From the NCBI GenBank assembly GCA_035690945.1, contig DASSJY010000002.1:19182-83181 (forward strand): a stretch of 64,000 nucleotides of DNA, read 5' to 3'. A program made the translations under genes and the position numbers. Origin of the DNA: Gammaproteobacteria bacterium. GTDB taxonomy: Bacteria; Pseudomonadota; Gammaproteobacteria; Natronospirales; DASSBR01. Shown here one piece after another: positions 22,283 to 32,930 of the stretch. The notes beneath the pieces are model-generated. The model had not been told where the DNA came from, did no database searches, and saw nothing but the letters and a program-made list of their open reading frames with translations. Numbering within the stretch: position 1 is the first letter of the stretch; each line of letters opens with the position of its first letter.

Positions 22283-24727
22283 TTATTGGTCCATTATTGC
22301 GACAGCAGGATCCAGCTTCGCGGCGCGCCGCGCCGGCAGGTAGCAAGCAGCCAAGGTGATGAGGCACAGCACGATCGCGCTTGCGATCAACGTCAACGGA
22401 TCGAACGGCGCGACATCAAACAACTGCGTGGAAATCAGGTAGCCGCACAACACGGCGAGGCCCAGCCCGATAACCAGGCCGACCGCAAGCAGCCGCAACC
22501 CGTCCTTCATGACGAGCCACTGCAAGTCGCGCGGCAACGCGCCGACCGAGAGGCGGACGCCGCATTCGGCGCGGCGTTGGCCCACCGCATAGCTCATGAC
22601 GGCGTAAACGCCGACAATCGCGAGTACCAGCGCGATGGCGCCGAATGCCAGCAACAGCGCCATCGTCGTTTGCCTGCGGCGCAGCAAATCCGACATCTGC
22701 TCGTGCATTGTGTGCATCTGGCTCACGGCAAATTTCGGTGCCACGGCAGCTATCAACTCTTTGACCGAGTGCGTGAGAGAACCCGGCGGCAACTGCGTGT
22801 GGATCAGCAGGTACATGTCGCTGGATGGTGTCGTGTCGATATTGAAATACGTCGCGGGCGTCGGCTTGGACTGGGACAAATGCGAGTACTTGATCGGCGG
22901 CACAACGCCCACGATCGTCCACTTGTGGCCGTAGTACCAGAGCTGCTGGCCGATCGGATCGTCGCCATCGAAATACTTCTCGACCACCGATGTATCGACT
23001 ATCGCCCGCCTTTTTCCCGCGTCACGCTCATCGAAATGCCGACCGCGCAGAATCGGAATGCCGAGCGTCTCGAAGAAACCCGGCGTAATGCGATCCATCA
23101 TCGCGACGGGCAGCTTTCCTGAAGGCGACTTGCGCCCGACGATGGCTATCGAGCCAGCGAGATCCACCCCCATCAACGGCATGAAGTCGGAAACACCTGC
23201 GCTAACTACGCCGGGCAGCGCATCGACCTGCCGTACCACCTCTTTGTACTTGTCGCTCATTGCCTGACGGCTCGGAAAATCGTCCCACGACACTGTCAGA
23301 TGCGCGATCAACATATGATTCGTGCGATACCCCGGATTGACGCTTTGGATATTCATAAAGCTGTGCAGCAGCAGCCCCGCCATGGCGAGCAAACCGGTAG
23401 CCAATGCCAGCTCCGCAACGACGAGGGCATTGCGTGTACGTTTCGCGCCGCGCCCGCCGCCGCTGGTGCGGCTGCCTTCCTGCAGGATCATTTGCAAGTC
23501 CGTTTTAGCGAGGTGGCGAATCGGCAGTACGCTCACCAGCGCACCGGTGACCAAGACGGCGCCGAGCGCGAACAGTCCGACGCGCCAATCCAGCCCGATG
23601 TTGAAAACGCTGGCGCCGGCGCCGAGCGCGGAGCCGGCGAGGAAATCGAGGCCGAGCCACGCGAGACCGATCCCGATGAGTCCGCCGGGTACCGTCAGGC
23701 ACAAGGCTTCTCCCAACAATTGCCGCGCGAGCGTGGCACGCGTCGCGCCCAGGGCACTGCGCATGGCCATTTCATGGCTGCGACCGAGGGTGCGCGACAG
23801 CAAAAGGTTGGCGACGTTGACGCAGGTAATCAAAAGGATCAGCAGCACCGCCCCTTGCAGCAGCCACAGGGTTGCCGGTCGATTACCGAGCAGCTCTTGC
23901 CGGTACGACCGCGTGTGTATAGCGAAGCCGGAGCTTTGCAAAAATGCTTTGTCGATTTGGCGACCGTCTTCCTTGAAAGGCACATGGCCGTCTAGCCAGT
24001 TATGAACGGCACGTTGAATCTGCTGTTCGGCACCATCCACGCTCATGCCGGGTCTGAGCCAGCCGATGAAATTAAAGTTGAGATCGAGGAATCGAGTCGG
24101 CTTAAAAGCATCTGGGCCAACTGCGACAGGAGTCCACATCTCGGCTTCGTGATCGGGGAACGCGAAGCCTTTTGGCATCACGCCGATGATCGTGTACGGC
24201 AAGCTCAGGAACGTGACAGTCGTGCCAATGACTCCCGGATCGCCGCCGAAGGTGTCGCGCCACATGGCATAGCTGATCACCGCCACCTGGTTGCGTCCCT
24301 TCTGCTCGTCGGCGGCGGTGAATGTGCGACCCAGCACCGGTTGCACACCCAGCACCCGAAATAGCGAGCCGGCTACCAGATAGTCGTAGACATCCATCGC
24401 CCGGCCGCCGATCTTCACGTTGATATCGTCGCCGTAGTAAAGCCCGGTCGCGGCGAACGCGTTCGTCTTTGTCCGGATGATCCGGTTCATCAACAGTGAA
24501 ACGGGCACATCGCCGGCCCCAAATTTCGGCACTCCGACATGCACCTCCGCCAGCCGCCCGGCGTGCGGATACGGCAGTGGCTTGAACAAGTAGCCGCTCA
24601 GGATGCTGAACACGGCGGTGTTTGCGCCAATGCCGAGCGCAAGGGTCAGGATCGCCGCGCTGGCGAAGCCGGGTTTGGCAGCAAGCTGCCGGAACCCGAA
24701 GCGCAGATCTCTCGGAAAGCCCCTCAT
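22283..24727 (-). CDS. duplicated-FtsX ABC permease, ADOP/MacB-type (paralog 4)
   Basis: 814 aa. N-terminus MRGFPRDLRFGFRQLAAKPGF. Two FtsX halves, with QRRAECGVRL in the second. Confidence 0.85.
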   Translation of the reverse strand: MRGFPRDLRFGFRQLAAKPGFASAAILTLALGIGANTAVFSILSGYLFKPLPYPHAGRLAEVHVGVPKFGAGDVPVSLLMNRIIRTKTNAFAATGLYYGDDINVKIGGRAMDVYDYLVAGSLFRVLGVQPVLGRTFTAADEQKGRNQVAVISYAMWRDTFGGDPGVIGTTVTFLSLPYTIIGVMPKGFAFPDHEAEMWTPVAVGPDAFKPTRFLDLNFNFIGWLRPGMSVDGAEQQIQRAVHNWLDGHVPFKEDGRQIDKAFLQSSGFAIHTRSYRQELLGNRPATLWLLQGAVLLILLITCVNVANLLLSRTLGRSHEMAMRSALGATRATLARQLLGEALCLTVPGGLIGIGLAWLGLDFLAGSALGAGASVFNIGLDWRVGLFALGAVLVTGALVSVLPIRHLAKTDLQMILQEGSRTSGGGRGAKRTRNALVVAELALATGLLAMAGLLLHSFMNIQSVNPGYRTNHMLIAHLTVSWDDFPSRQAMSDKYKEVVRQVDALPGVVSAGVSDFMPLMGVDLAGSIAIVGRKSPSGKLPVAMMDRITPGFFETLGIPILRGRHFDERDAGKRRAIVDTSVVEKYFDGDDPIGQQLWYYGHKWTIVGVVPPIKYSHLSQSKPTPATYFNIDTTPSSDMYLLIHTQLPPGSLTHSVKELIAAVAPKFAVSQMHTMHEQMSDLLRRRQTTMALLLAFGAIALVLAIVGVYAVMSYAVGQRRAECGVRLSVGALPRDLQWLVMKDGLRLLAVGLVIGLGLAVLCGYLISTQLFDVAPFDPLTLIASAIVLCLITLAACYLPARRAAKLDPAVAIMDQ

Positions 24728-24734
24728 ATTGCTT

Positions 24735-27200
24735 TCATTGCTCCATAATCGCGACGGCCGGATCCAGCTTCGCCGCCCGGCGCGCAGGCAGGTAGCAAGC
24801 AGCCAGAGTGATGAGGCACAGCACGATTGCGCTAGCGATCAACGTCAATGGATCAAATGGCGCGACACCGAACAACTGTGCGCTTATCAAGTAGCCGCAC
24901 AGCACGGCCAGGCTCAACCCGATCACCAGGCCGACCACGAGCAACCTGAGCCCGTCCTTCAATACGAGCCGCTGCAAGTCCCCCGGCAGTGCCCCCAACG
25001 CCAGACGGACGCCGCACTCGGCGCGGCGCTGGCTGACAGCGTAGCTCATCACTGCATAGACGCCGACGATGGCAAGCGCAAGTGCAATGCCGCCGAAGGC
25101 GAGCAGTAATGTCATCGTCGTTTGTTTTTTGCTCAGCGAATCCGCAAATTGCTCGTGCATGGTGTGAATGTCGTACACCGCGATATTGGAATCCATGGCG
25201 GCGACGAGATCCTTAAGCGGTTTGACCAGCGCGTCGGGCGCCATCGCCGTGTGAATCACCCATGTCGTCACCCGGGGTGGACCTTGGTCGCCGGTGGAGT
25301 ACGCAGCGTTGAGGTAAATGGTGGTTGACGCCAGTGATGTCGACAGCTTCGAGTACTTGACTGATGGCACAACTCCGATAATGGTGAATTTCCGGTCATC
25401 CTTGTCACCTCCGAAATCGATCTGTTGGCCAATCGCATGGCCGTCGGCGAAATACTTTCGCGCGAGCCCCGCGTCAATGATCGCCGTCGGTTGCTTCGCA
25501 TCGCGCGCATCGAACTGTCGCCCGCGCAAAATGGGGATTCCGAGCGCCTTGAAATAGCCCTGACCGACGCGGTTGACCATCGCTCCGGGTGGTTTCGGCG
25601 GCGGCTTTCTACCGGGAATAGTAAATGCCGATATAGGCAACGACCCGCCCATCCGCCCGCCCATTAACGGTAGAATTTGAGCCATGGCGACCTCCCGCAC
25701 CCCCGGAAGCGCGTCCACACGCTGCGTCAGATCGTCATAAAATCCGGATAATGCCTTGCCGGGATGATCCTTCTCCGGCACCAGCAGGCTCGCCATCAGC
25801 ACATGATCCTTGCGAAAGCCGGGATTGACTGCCTCAAGGTTCATGAAGCTATGCAGCACCAGGCCGGCCATGGCCAGCAAGCCGGTCGCGAGCGCCAGTT
25901 CGCTGATCACAAGCGCGCTACGGATGCGCCTCGCGCGTCGGCCGACGCCACTCGTGCGACTGCCTTCCTGCAAGGTCATCTGCAGATCGGTTTTGGCCAA
26001 GTGGCGAATCGGCAGCACGCTGACCAAAGCGGCGGTGAGTAACACCATTCCCACAGCGAACAGGCCGACGCGCCAGTCGAGGGAGGCGCTGAACATGGCG
26101 CTACCGCTATCGAACGACGATCCCGCCACAAAGACCAAAGCCAACCAGCACAACGCTACGCCCGCGATGCCCCCCGGCACTGTCAGGCACAACGCTTCGC
26201 CCAACAGTTGCCGCGCCAGCACCGCTCGACTTGCTCCCAGCGTGCTGCGTATCGCGATTTCATGGCTGCGCCCAAGGATGCGAGATAACAGCAGGTTGGC
26301 GACATTAACGCAGGTCATCAGCAGAATTAGCAGCACCGCCCCTTGCAGCAACCACAAGGTTGCCGCGCGATCGCCCAGTAGAACATCGCGCCAGGGCCGG
26401 ACACCCATCGTAAATCCGGCGCCTTGGGCCAGTTTCCGGAGTTGAGCGGGCGCTTTATCCTGAATAAATGCGCCGATCGCGTGTTGAACCTGTACTTCTG
26501 CGGCTTCCCGGCCGACATCGGGCTTGAGTCTGTCTATGGATGCCACGTTGATCGCCATAGCGCGCATCGGGGCGAAGCTTTGCGGCGTAAGCCTGTACGG
26601 CAACCATAGCGACGTAGCGCGATCGGGAAAAGCAAAGTCTTGAGGCATAACACCGATAATCCGGTAAATGCCGTCGTCGAGTTGTACCGTTTTGCCGATG
26701 ACGCCGGGATCGGCGCCGAAACTGTCGTGCCACAGCTTATAGCTGATCACCGCCGCAAGATTACTGCCGGCATGCATATTGTCAGGCGTGAAGGTTTGAC
26801 CAAGCAGCGGCGACACGCCCAGGACGGAGAAAAGCGATGATGAGGCGTACACGCTGGATACTCGCGTGGCTCTGCCATTCACCTTGACGCTGGAGGTGCC
26901 TTGAACATAAAAGGCCATTTCCGCAAAGGCGTCAGTATTCTGTTCTATAGCCTGATAGAGCGGCAGAGATGTGCCGGGAAGCGGTTCGGCCCTGACCTTG
27001 GGAATGCTGCTGTACAGTTGTACCAACTGGCCGCCGTGCGGATACGGTAACGGTTTTAACAAGTAACCGCTCAAAAAGCTGAAGACTGCGGTATTGGCGC
27101 CGATGCCCAGCGCGAGCGTCAGAATCGCAGCGGCCGCGAAGCCGGGTTTGGCCGCGAGTTGGCGCAAACCGATGCGTAAGTCGTTGACAAAACCGTTCAT
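24735..27200 (-). CDS. duplicated-FtsX ABC permease, ADOP/MacB-type (paralog 3)
   Basis: 821 aa. N-terminus MNGFVNDLRIGLRQLAAKPGF. The first FtsX half is nearly identical to that of paralog 6 (LWLLQGAVLLILL.TCVNVANLLLSRILGRSHEIAIRSTLGASRAVLARQLLGEALCLTVPGG). Confidence 0.85.
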   Translation of the reverse strand: MNGFVNDLRIGLRQLAAKPGFAAAAILTLALGIGANTAVFSFLSGYLLKPLPYPHGGQLVQLYSSIPKVRAEPLPGTSLPLYQAIEQNTDAFAEMAFYVQGTSSVKVNGRATRVSSVYASSSLFSVLGVSPLLGQTFTPDNMHAGSNLAAVISYKLWHDSFGADPGVIGKTVQLDDGIYRIIGVMPQDFAFPDRATSLWLPYRLTPQSFAPMRAMAINVASIDRLKPDVGREAAEVQVQHAIGAFIQDKAPAQLRKLAQGAGFTMGVRPWRDVLLGDRAATLWLLQGAVLLILLMTCVNVANLLLSRILGRSHEIAIRSTLGASRAVLARQLLGEALCLTVPGGIAGVALCWLALVFVAGSSFDSGSAMFSASLDWRVGLFAVGMVLLTAALVSVLPIRHLAKTDLQMTLQEGSRTSGVGRRARRIRSALVISELALATGLLAMAGLVLHSFMNLEAVNPGFRKDHVLMASLLVPEKDHPGKALSGFYDDLTQRVDALPGVREVAMAQILPLMGGRMGGSLPISAFTIPGRKPPPKPPGAMVNRVGQGYFKALGIPILRGRQFDARDAKQPTAIIDAGLARKYFADGHAIGQQIDFGGDKDDRKFTIIGVVPSVKYSKLSTSLASTTIYLNAAYSTGDQGPPRVTTWVIHTAMAPDALVKPLKDLVAAMDSNIAVYDIHTMHEQFADSLSKKQTTMTLLLAFGGIALALAIVGVYAVMSYAVSQRRAECGVRLALGALPGDLQRLVLKDGLRLLVVGLVIGLSLAVLCGYLISAQLFGVAPFDPLTLIASAIVLCLITLAACYLPARRAAKLDPAVAIMEQ

Positions 27201-27212
27201 GTCTCTCTCTTT

Positions 27213-29666
27213 TTATTGGTCCATCATCGCGACGGCCGGATCGAGCTTCGCGGCACGGCGTGCCGGCAGCCAGCAGGCCATCAGCGTAATCGCACACAAC
27301 ATCAATGCGCTGCCAATCAGCGTCAGCGGATCAAACGGTACAACGCCGAACAACTGCGACGAAATCAGGAAGCCGCATAACACGGCGAGGCCAAGGCCGA
27401 GAACAAGGCCGACCGCAAGCAGCTTCAAACCATCCTTCAATATCAACCATTGCAAATCGCCCGGCAGCGCGCCAAACGCCAAACGAACGCCGCATTCCGC
27501 GCGACGCTGTCCCACGGCGTAACTCATCACGGCATACACGCCGACAATCGCAAGCGCCAACGCAATCCCACCAAACGCGAGCAGCAAAGTCATCGTTGTC
27601 TGGTTATCGTTCAGCGAATCCAGCAATTGCGCGCGCATGGTGTGGATGTCGGCAACGGCGACATTCGGCGCTATCGTGGCCAGCAGGTTTTGTACCGGCT
27701 TGATGAGCGCAGCTGGTGGCAGCTTGGTGTGGATGACAAGATACATATCGGGCGTCACACTGTATTTGCCGATGTCGATGTAAACGGCGGCCGACAGTTT
27801 GGGCTGCGACAATCTCGTGTATTTGACCGGCGGCACAACGCCGACAATGGTGTATATCTGTTTGGCGCCATAGTCGATCTTTTGCCCGATCGGGTTCACA
27901 CCGCGGAAATACTTTTTGGCCACGCGGGCATCGACGATCGCATGCATCTTGCCCGCATCGCGTTCATCGAAGCGTCGCCCGCGTAAAATCGGAATGCCGA
28001 GCGTTTTGAAATACCCTGGACTGATAAAATCCTGGATAGCCCCCGGCGACTCGCCCGAAGGCTGCGGTGGCCGGCCGGGAATGGTGAAGCCGTTGAAAAT
28101 TGCCATATTGCTCATCGGCACGGAAGCGGTAATCCCGGATTGCCAAACTCCAGGCAGTCCATCCACGCGCTTCACCACGTTGTTGTAAAACTGGCTCATC
28201 GCTTTGTCGTGCAAATAATCCTTGGGCGACAACAGAAGCTGCGCGATCAATACATGGTCCTTGCGAAAACCGGGATCGACGGCTTCAAGATTCATAAAGC
28301 TGTGCAGCACCAGGCCAGCCATTGCAAGCAAGCCGGTCGCGAGCGACAGTTCGGCAATAACGAGCGTATTGCGGACGCGCTTTGCGCCGCGCCCCCCGGT
28401 GCTGCGGCTACCCTCCTGCAAAGCAGTTTGCAGATCAGTTTTGGCGAGTTGACGGATCGGTAAAACGCTAATCAAGGCCGCGGTGACCAGCGCCGCGCCA
28501 AGTGCAAACAACCCGACGCGCCAGTCAAGCGCGATGTCGAATATGCTGCTACCAACGCCGAGAGCCGAGCCCGCCAGAAAGTGCATGCCGAACCAGGCGA
28601 GACCGAAGCCGATCAAGCCACCGGGCACTGTCAGGCACAACGCCTCGCCAAGCAATTGTCGCGCCAGCGCGCCCCGGGTCGCGCCAAGCGTGCTGCGGAT
28701 CGCGATTTCATGGCCGCGACCGAGAATGCGCGACAGCAACAGGTTGGCAACATTGACGCAGGTGATCAGCAAAATCAGTAACACCGCGCCTTCCAGCAGC
28801 CATAACGTCGCGGGGCGGTTGCCGAGCAATCCCTGCCGGTACGATTGGGCGCGCATTGAAAACCCCATGCTCTTTAGCAGTTTCCGGTTGTACATGAGGT
28901 TGCCCACTTTGATGGGGAAATTATTGTCGGTCCATGTCTGAACTGCTTGCCGTACTTGCCGTTGCGCCGTCGCGATGCTGACGCCGGGTTTGAGCCAGCC
29001 AATAAATCGAGTATCGAGTGCCGATAGAAACCGCGTCGGATCGAAAGTTTTGGGAACGATCGGTTGCGGTAACCATATCGAGATGTCGTGGTCCGGGAAC
29101 GCGAAGCCGCGCGGCATCACGCCGACGATTCGATAATCCTCGCTTTCAATATTGACAGCCTTGCCGATGATGTTGGGGTCTGCGCCGAACGTAGTGCGCC
29201 AGAGCGAATAACTGATGACTACAACCTGGTCGCTGCCAGGCTTCATGTCGGCTTTGGTGAAGGTATGCCCGAGCATGGGCTGCACGCCGAGAACGCGAAA
29301 CAGCGACGCCGTAGTGATCAGCCCGCCGACGCGCTGCGCGCGTCTGGCGGCGTTCAGATTGAAATACTCGCGATGGTAAACGGCACCAGCGGCAAAGGCC
29401 TTGGTGTGCCTTTGAACGATTTGATACATCGGCATCGAGATACCGGAATCACCGCTGCTAAATTTTGGAAGCTCCGTGTTAAGTTGCGCCAGCCGGCCGG
29501 CGTGCGGGTACGGTAGCGGCTTGAACAGATAGCCGCTCAGAACGCTGAACACCGCCGTATTGGCGCCGATGCCAAGCGCCAGCGTGAGGATGGCCGCGGC
29601 GACAAATCCAGGCTTGGCTGTAAGTTGATGAATGCCAAAACGCAGGTCTGTGAGAAAGCCGTTCAT
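27213..29666 (-). CDS. duplicated-FtsX ABC permease, ADOP/MacB-type (paralog 2)
   Basis: 817 aa. N-terminus MNGFLTDLRFG. Collinear with paralogs 4 and 6 over the full length. Confidence 0.85.
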   Translation of the reverse strand: MNGFLTDLRFGIHQLTAKPGFVAAAILTLALGIGANTAVFSVLSGYLFKPLPYPHAGRLAQLNTELPKFSSGDSGISMPMYQIVQRHTKAFAAGAVYHREYFNLNAARRAQRVGGLITTASLFRVLGVQPMLGHTFTKADMKPGSDQVVVISYSLWRTTFGADPNIIGKAVNIESEDYRIVGVMPRGFAFPDHDISIWLPQPIVPKTFDPTRFLSALDTRFIGWLKPGVSIATAQRQVRQAVQTWTDNNFPIKVGNLMYNRKLLKSMGFSMRAQSYRQGLLGNRPATLWLLEGAVLLILLITCVNVANLLLSRILGRGHEIAIRSTLGATRGALARQLLGEALCLTVPGGLIGFGLAWFGMHFLAGSALGVGSSIFDIALDWRVGLFALGAALVTAALISVLPIRQLAKTDLQTALQEGSRSTGGRGAKRVRNTLVIAELSLATGLLAMAGLVLHSFMNLEAVDPGFRKDHVLIAQLLLSPKDYLHDKAMSQFYNNVVKRVDGLPGVWQSGITASVPMSNMAIFNGFTIPGRPPQPSGESPGAIQDFISPGYFKTLGIPILRGRRFDERDAGKMHAIVDARVAKKYFRGVNPIGQKIDYGAKQIYTIVGVVPPVKYTRLSQPKLSAAVYIDIGKYSVTPDMYLVIHTKLPPAALIKPVQNLLATIAPNVAVADIHTMRAQLLDSLNDNQTTMTLLLAFGGIALALAIVGVYAVMSYAVGQRRAECGVRLAFGALPGDLQWLILKDGLKLLAVGLVLGLGLAVLCGFLISSQLFGVVPFDPLTLIGSALMLCAITLMACWLPARRAAKLDPAVAMMDQ

Positions 29667-29713
29667 GTTGTATCTCTAGTCCCCTTAACGTCCGGGAGCG
29701 GGAAATGGAAAAG

Positions 29714-32155
29714 TCACTGCTCCACGATCGCTACGGCCGGGTCGAGCTTCGCAGCACGACGTGCCGGTAGATAACACGCGAGCAGCGTGATGACAGCCAT
29801 GACGATGGCGGTACCGGCCAACGTCAGCGGGTCGAACGGCGCGACACCGAACAGGCGCGCCGAGAGCAGGTACCCCATCACGACAGCGAGGGCCAGGCCC
29901 ACCACCAAGCCGACCGCGAGCAGCTTGAGCCCGTCCTTCAGCACCAGCCACAGCAGGTCCTCCGGCAGCGCGCCCAGGGCCAGGCGCACTCCGCACTCGG
30001 TGGTACGCTGACCGACGGCGTAGCTCATGACGCCGTAAACACCGATGATGGCGAGTGCCAGCGCGATTGCGCCAAATGCGAGGATCAGAATCATCAGCGA
30101 CTGGCGGCCTTGCAAGTTGTGCGCGATCAGGTCCTGCACCGATTCAAAGTCATTGGCGGTGGCGCCGGGAGCAACTTGCGCTACTGTGGCCTTGATCGCC
30201 TTGACCTGCGAATAAGGCGGCAGCGTGGTCTGGACCACGAGCGCAAGCGCCCCTCCCCGCTGCGCAAGCATCGCCAACCATTGGGCCGACTGGCTCACCG
30301 GGAAATAGGCGGTGCCCATGTTGTTCGCGCGGCTCAGTTGCTCGGCACGCATCGACGAAACAACACCGATGATCGTGGTTTTCGTATCGCCCATTTTCAG
30401 GGTGCGCCCGACAGGGTTTTTGCCGGGATACGCCTGTTGTGCCATGACGTCATCGATCACCATGACAGGCTGGCTGTGCGCGGTATCCTGCGCGTTGAAC
30501 AGCCGCCCGCGCAGCAGCCGCAGGCCAAGGGTTTTGAAATACCCGGTATCGGTGATATTCCACCAGGCGAATGGCGCATACTTCGGCCGCCCCGGGACTT
30601 CATAGCTGCCGTTGACCCCGTAGCTGAGCGGCAACTGCAACGCCACGCCCGCGCTTTCCACCCCCGGCACGGCATGGATTTGATCGAGCAATTGATGGTA
30701 AAAACTCGCCGCGGCCTCGCCCGACACCTGCGGCGGCGGCGCAACTTTGGCCGTCAAGACGTGGCTTGTGCGAAAACCGGGATTGATGCCGCTTAACTCA
30801 ATGAAACTGTGCATCAGCAGCCCGGCGCCGGCGAGAAGCGCGGCCGCCATAGCCATTTCAGCCACAGCCAGAACATTGCGAACGTGCCTGGCGCCGCGCC
30901 CACCGCCGATGCTGCGGCCGCCTTCCTGCAGAATGCCTTGCAGGTTGCCCCGACTGAAATGTCTGATGGGCAAGAGGCTGATTACAACCGCCACCAGGAG
31001 TACGACCCCAAACGTAAATACACCGACGCGCCAATCGGGGTTTATGGTGAAAATCTGCGATCCTCCGAGGCCCAGATTTTGTACGAAGCCGAGCGCCCAC
31101 CAGCCGAGTGCCATACCGGCGATGCCGCCGGGCACCGCCAGGCAAAGGCCTTCGATCAACAGTTGGCGTGCAAGGACTCCGCGAGTCGCGCCCAGCACGC
31201 TGCGCATGGCGAGTTCATGCGTGCGGCCGAGAATGCGTGCGAGCAAGAGGTTGGCGACATTGACGCAGGCGATCAAAAGAACCATCAGTACGGCCGCCTG
31301 CAGCAAGAACAGGGTCGAGTCTTCGTCGCCGACGAGCTTGTCGCGATACGGACGTGCGTTCCAGTCAAGGCCGACCTGGGCCTGCGACTGTTTCATTTCC
31401 GCGCTGGTATCGATTACCTGATCAAGAACCGCCGCTAGTCGTGCATTCGCCTGCTGCAGGCTCACGCCCGGCTTCAGTCGCGCAATCACCGGCGAATTCT
31501 GGTTGCGCCGAAACGCTTCCGATTTCATCTTCGCGGTCATCACGTACGGCGTCCACAGCCGCGCCAAACCGAAACCGATGTCGACATTCATGGTTCGTGG
31601 CATCACACCGATGATCGTGTACGGCTCCCCATTCAACTTGATGGACTGGCCGATCACGCTCCGGTCGGCGCCGAAGGTCTGTTGCCAGAAACTGTAGCTC
31701 AACACGACAACATGACCGCGCCCGGGCTGCTGCGCGGTACTGTCAAAGGTGCGCCCAAGCAGCGGTTTGACTCCGAGCACATCGAATAACGACGCCGTCG
31801 CCATCGACGCATGTACCCGCTGCGTCTGACCGCCCGCCTGCACGGCGTAACTTCGCCACGTCCACGCGCCGATCGACGAAAACACGTCATGGGTGTTTTG
31901 CTTGATACTCAGATAGTTCGGCAGCGATAACGGAGCGTGCTGAATCCCCGGCTTGATTTGATGCTCGCTGACGTCTACCAGTTGCTCGCTGTGCGGGTAC
32001 GGCAGCGGCTTCAGCAGGTAGCCATTGAGCACGCTGAACACGGCTGTGTTGGCGCCGATGCCGAGCGCAAGCGTCAGGATCGCCGCAGCCGCGAAGCCGG
32101 GCTTCGATGCCAGCTGGCGCAGGCTGAACCGCAGGTCCGTTAACAGGCCGTTCAT
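29714..32155 (-). CDS. duplicated-FtsX ABC permease, ADOP/MacB-type (paralog 1)
   Basis: 813 aa. N-terminus MNGLLTDLRFSLRQLASKPGF. Two FtsX halves. Starts 18 nt after the ATPase stop. Confidence 0.85.
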   Translation of the reverse strand: MNGLLTDLRFSLRQLASKPGFAAAAILTLALGIGANTAVFSVLNGYLLKPLPYPHSEQLVDVSEHQIKPGIQHAPLSLPNYLSIKQNTHDVFSSIGAWTWRSYAVQAGGQTQRVHASMATASLFDVLGVKPLLGRTFDSTAQQPGRGHVVVLSYSFWQQTFGADRSVIGQSIKLNGEPYTIIGVMPRTMNVDIGFGLARLWTPYVMTAKMKSEAFRRNQNSPVIARLKPGVSLQQANARLAAVLDQVIDTSAEMKQSQAQVGLDWNARPYRDKLVGDEDSTLFLLQAAVLMVLLIACVNVANLLLARILGRTHELAMRSVLGATRGVLARQLLIEGLCLAVPGGIAGMALGWWALGFVQNLGLGGSQIFTINPDWRVGVFTFGVVLLVAVVISLLPIRHFSRGNLQGILQEGGRSIGGGRGARHVRNVLAVAEMAMAAALLAGAGLLMHSFIELSGINPGFRTSHVLTAKVAPPPQVSGEAAASFYHQLLDQIHAVPGVESAGVALQLPLSYGVNGSYEVPGRPKYAPFAWWNITDTGYFKTLGLRLLRGRLFNAQDTAHSQPVMVIDDVMAQQAYPGKNPVGRTLKMGDTKTTIIGVVSSMRAEQLSRANNMGTAYFPVSQSAQWLAMLAQRGGALALVVQTTLPPYSQVKAIKATVAQVAPGATANDFESVQDLIAHNLQGRQSLMILILAFGAIALALAIIGVYGVMSYAVGQRTTECGVRLALGALPEDLLWLVLKDGLKLLAVGLVVGLALAVVMGYLLSARLFGVAPFDPLTLAGTAIVMAVITLLACYLPARRAAKLDPAVAIVEQ

Positions 32156-32173
32156 GTTGTGGAGTCCCTGTGC

Positions 32174-32911
32174 TTATTCGGCAACTGGCGAGGCCGCCGA
32201 AGCCGGATTCGAAATAGTGATGTCCTCATCCACGATCTGGCCGTCGAAGAGCTGGATCGTGCGCGCAGCACGGGTCGCGTAGCGCGGGTCATGCGTAACC
32301 ATGCAGATGGTCGCGCCTGCATGATGCAGCTCGTCCATCAGTTCCATCACCGCCTCGCCGCTGGCCGAATCCAGGTTACCGGTCGGCTCGTCAGCGAGCA
32401 GGATCGACGGTTCGCCGACCAGTGCGCGAGCCACGGCAACGCGCTGCTGCTGACCACCGGACAGCTGCGACGGGTAATGGTTGACGCGGTGCGCCATGCC
32501 GACCCTTTCCAGCACCGTATTCACCTTTTCGCGCCGCTCTTCCTTGCTCGTGCCGCCGCGATACACCAGCGGCAACTCGACGTTCTCGTACACGCTTAAA
32601 TCGCCGATCAGGTTGAACGTCTGGAAAATGAAGCCGATCTCGCGGTTGCGGATGTGTGCGCGGTCGGCGTTGTCGAGTTCCTCGATCGCCGTGCCGTTCA
32701 ACTGATACGTGCCGCTGGTCGGTGTCGACAGCAGGCCGAGAATCGACATCAGCGAGGTCTTGCCGCAGCCCGAAGGCCCAAGGATGGCGACGTATTCGCC
32801 ACGGTCGATGTCGAAGCTGATGCCGTTCAGCGCATAGGTCTCGACTTCGTCGGTGGCGTAGATCTTTTTCAGGTTATCGATTCTGATCAGCTGCATTTCA
32901 TCGTCTTTCAT
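32174..32911 (-). CDS. ABC transporter ATP-binding protein, MacB/LolD family (the only ATPase in the cluster)
   Basis: Walker A GPSGCGKTS, ABC signature LSGGQQQRVAVARAL, Walker B ILLADEPTGNLD, H-loop MVTHD. I prefer the ATG at 32911 (MKDDEMQLIRI) because GGAG lies 7 nt upstream. The alternative ATG at 32938 overlaps the adaptor stop by 8 nt. Confidence 0.88.
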   Translation of the reverse strand: MKDDEMQLIRIDNLKKIYATDEVETYALNGISFDIDRGEYVAILGPSGCGKTSLMSILGLLSTPTSGTYQLNGTAIEELDNADRAHIRNREIGFIFQTFNLIGDLSVYENVELPLVYRGGTSKEERREKVNTVLERVGMAHRVNHYPSQLSGGQQQRVAVARALVGEPSILLADEPTGNLDSASGEAVMELMDELHHAGATICMVTHDPRYATRAARTIQLFDGQIVDEDITISNPASAASPVAE

Positions 32912-32930
32912 CGTTTGCTCCGGTTTGCGA

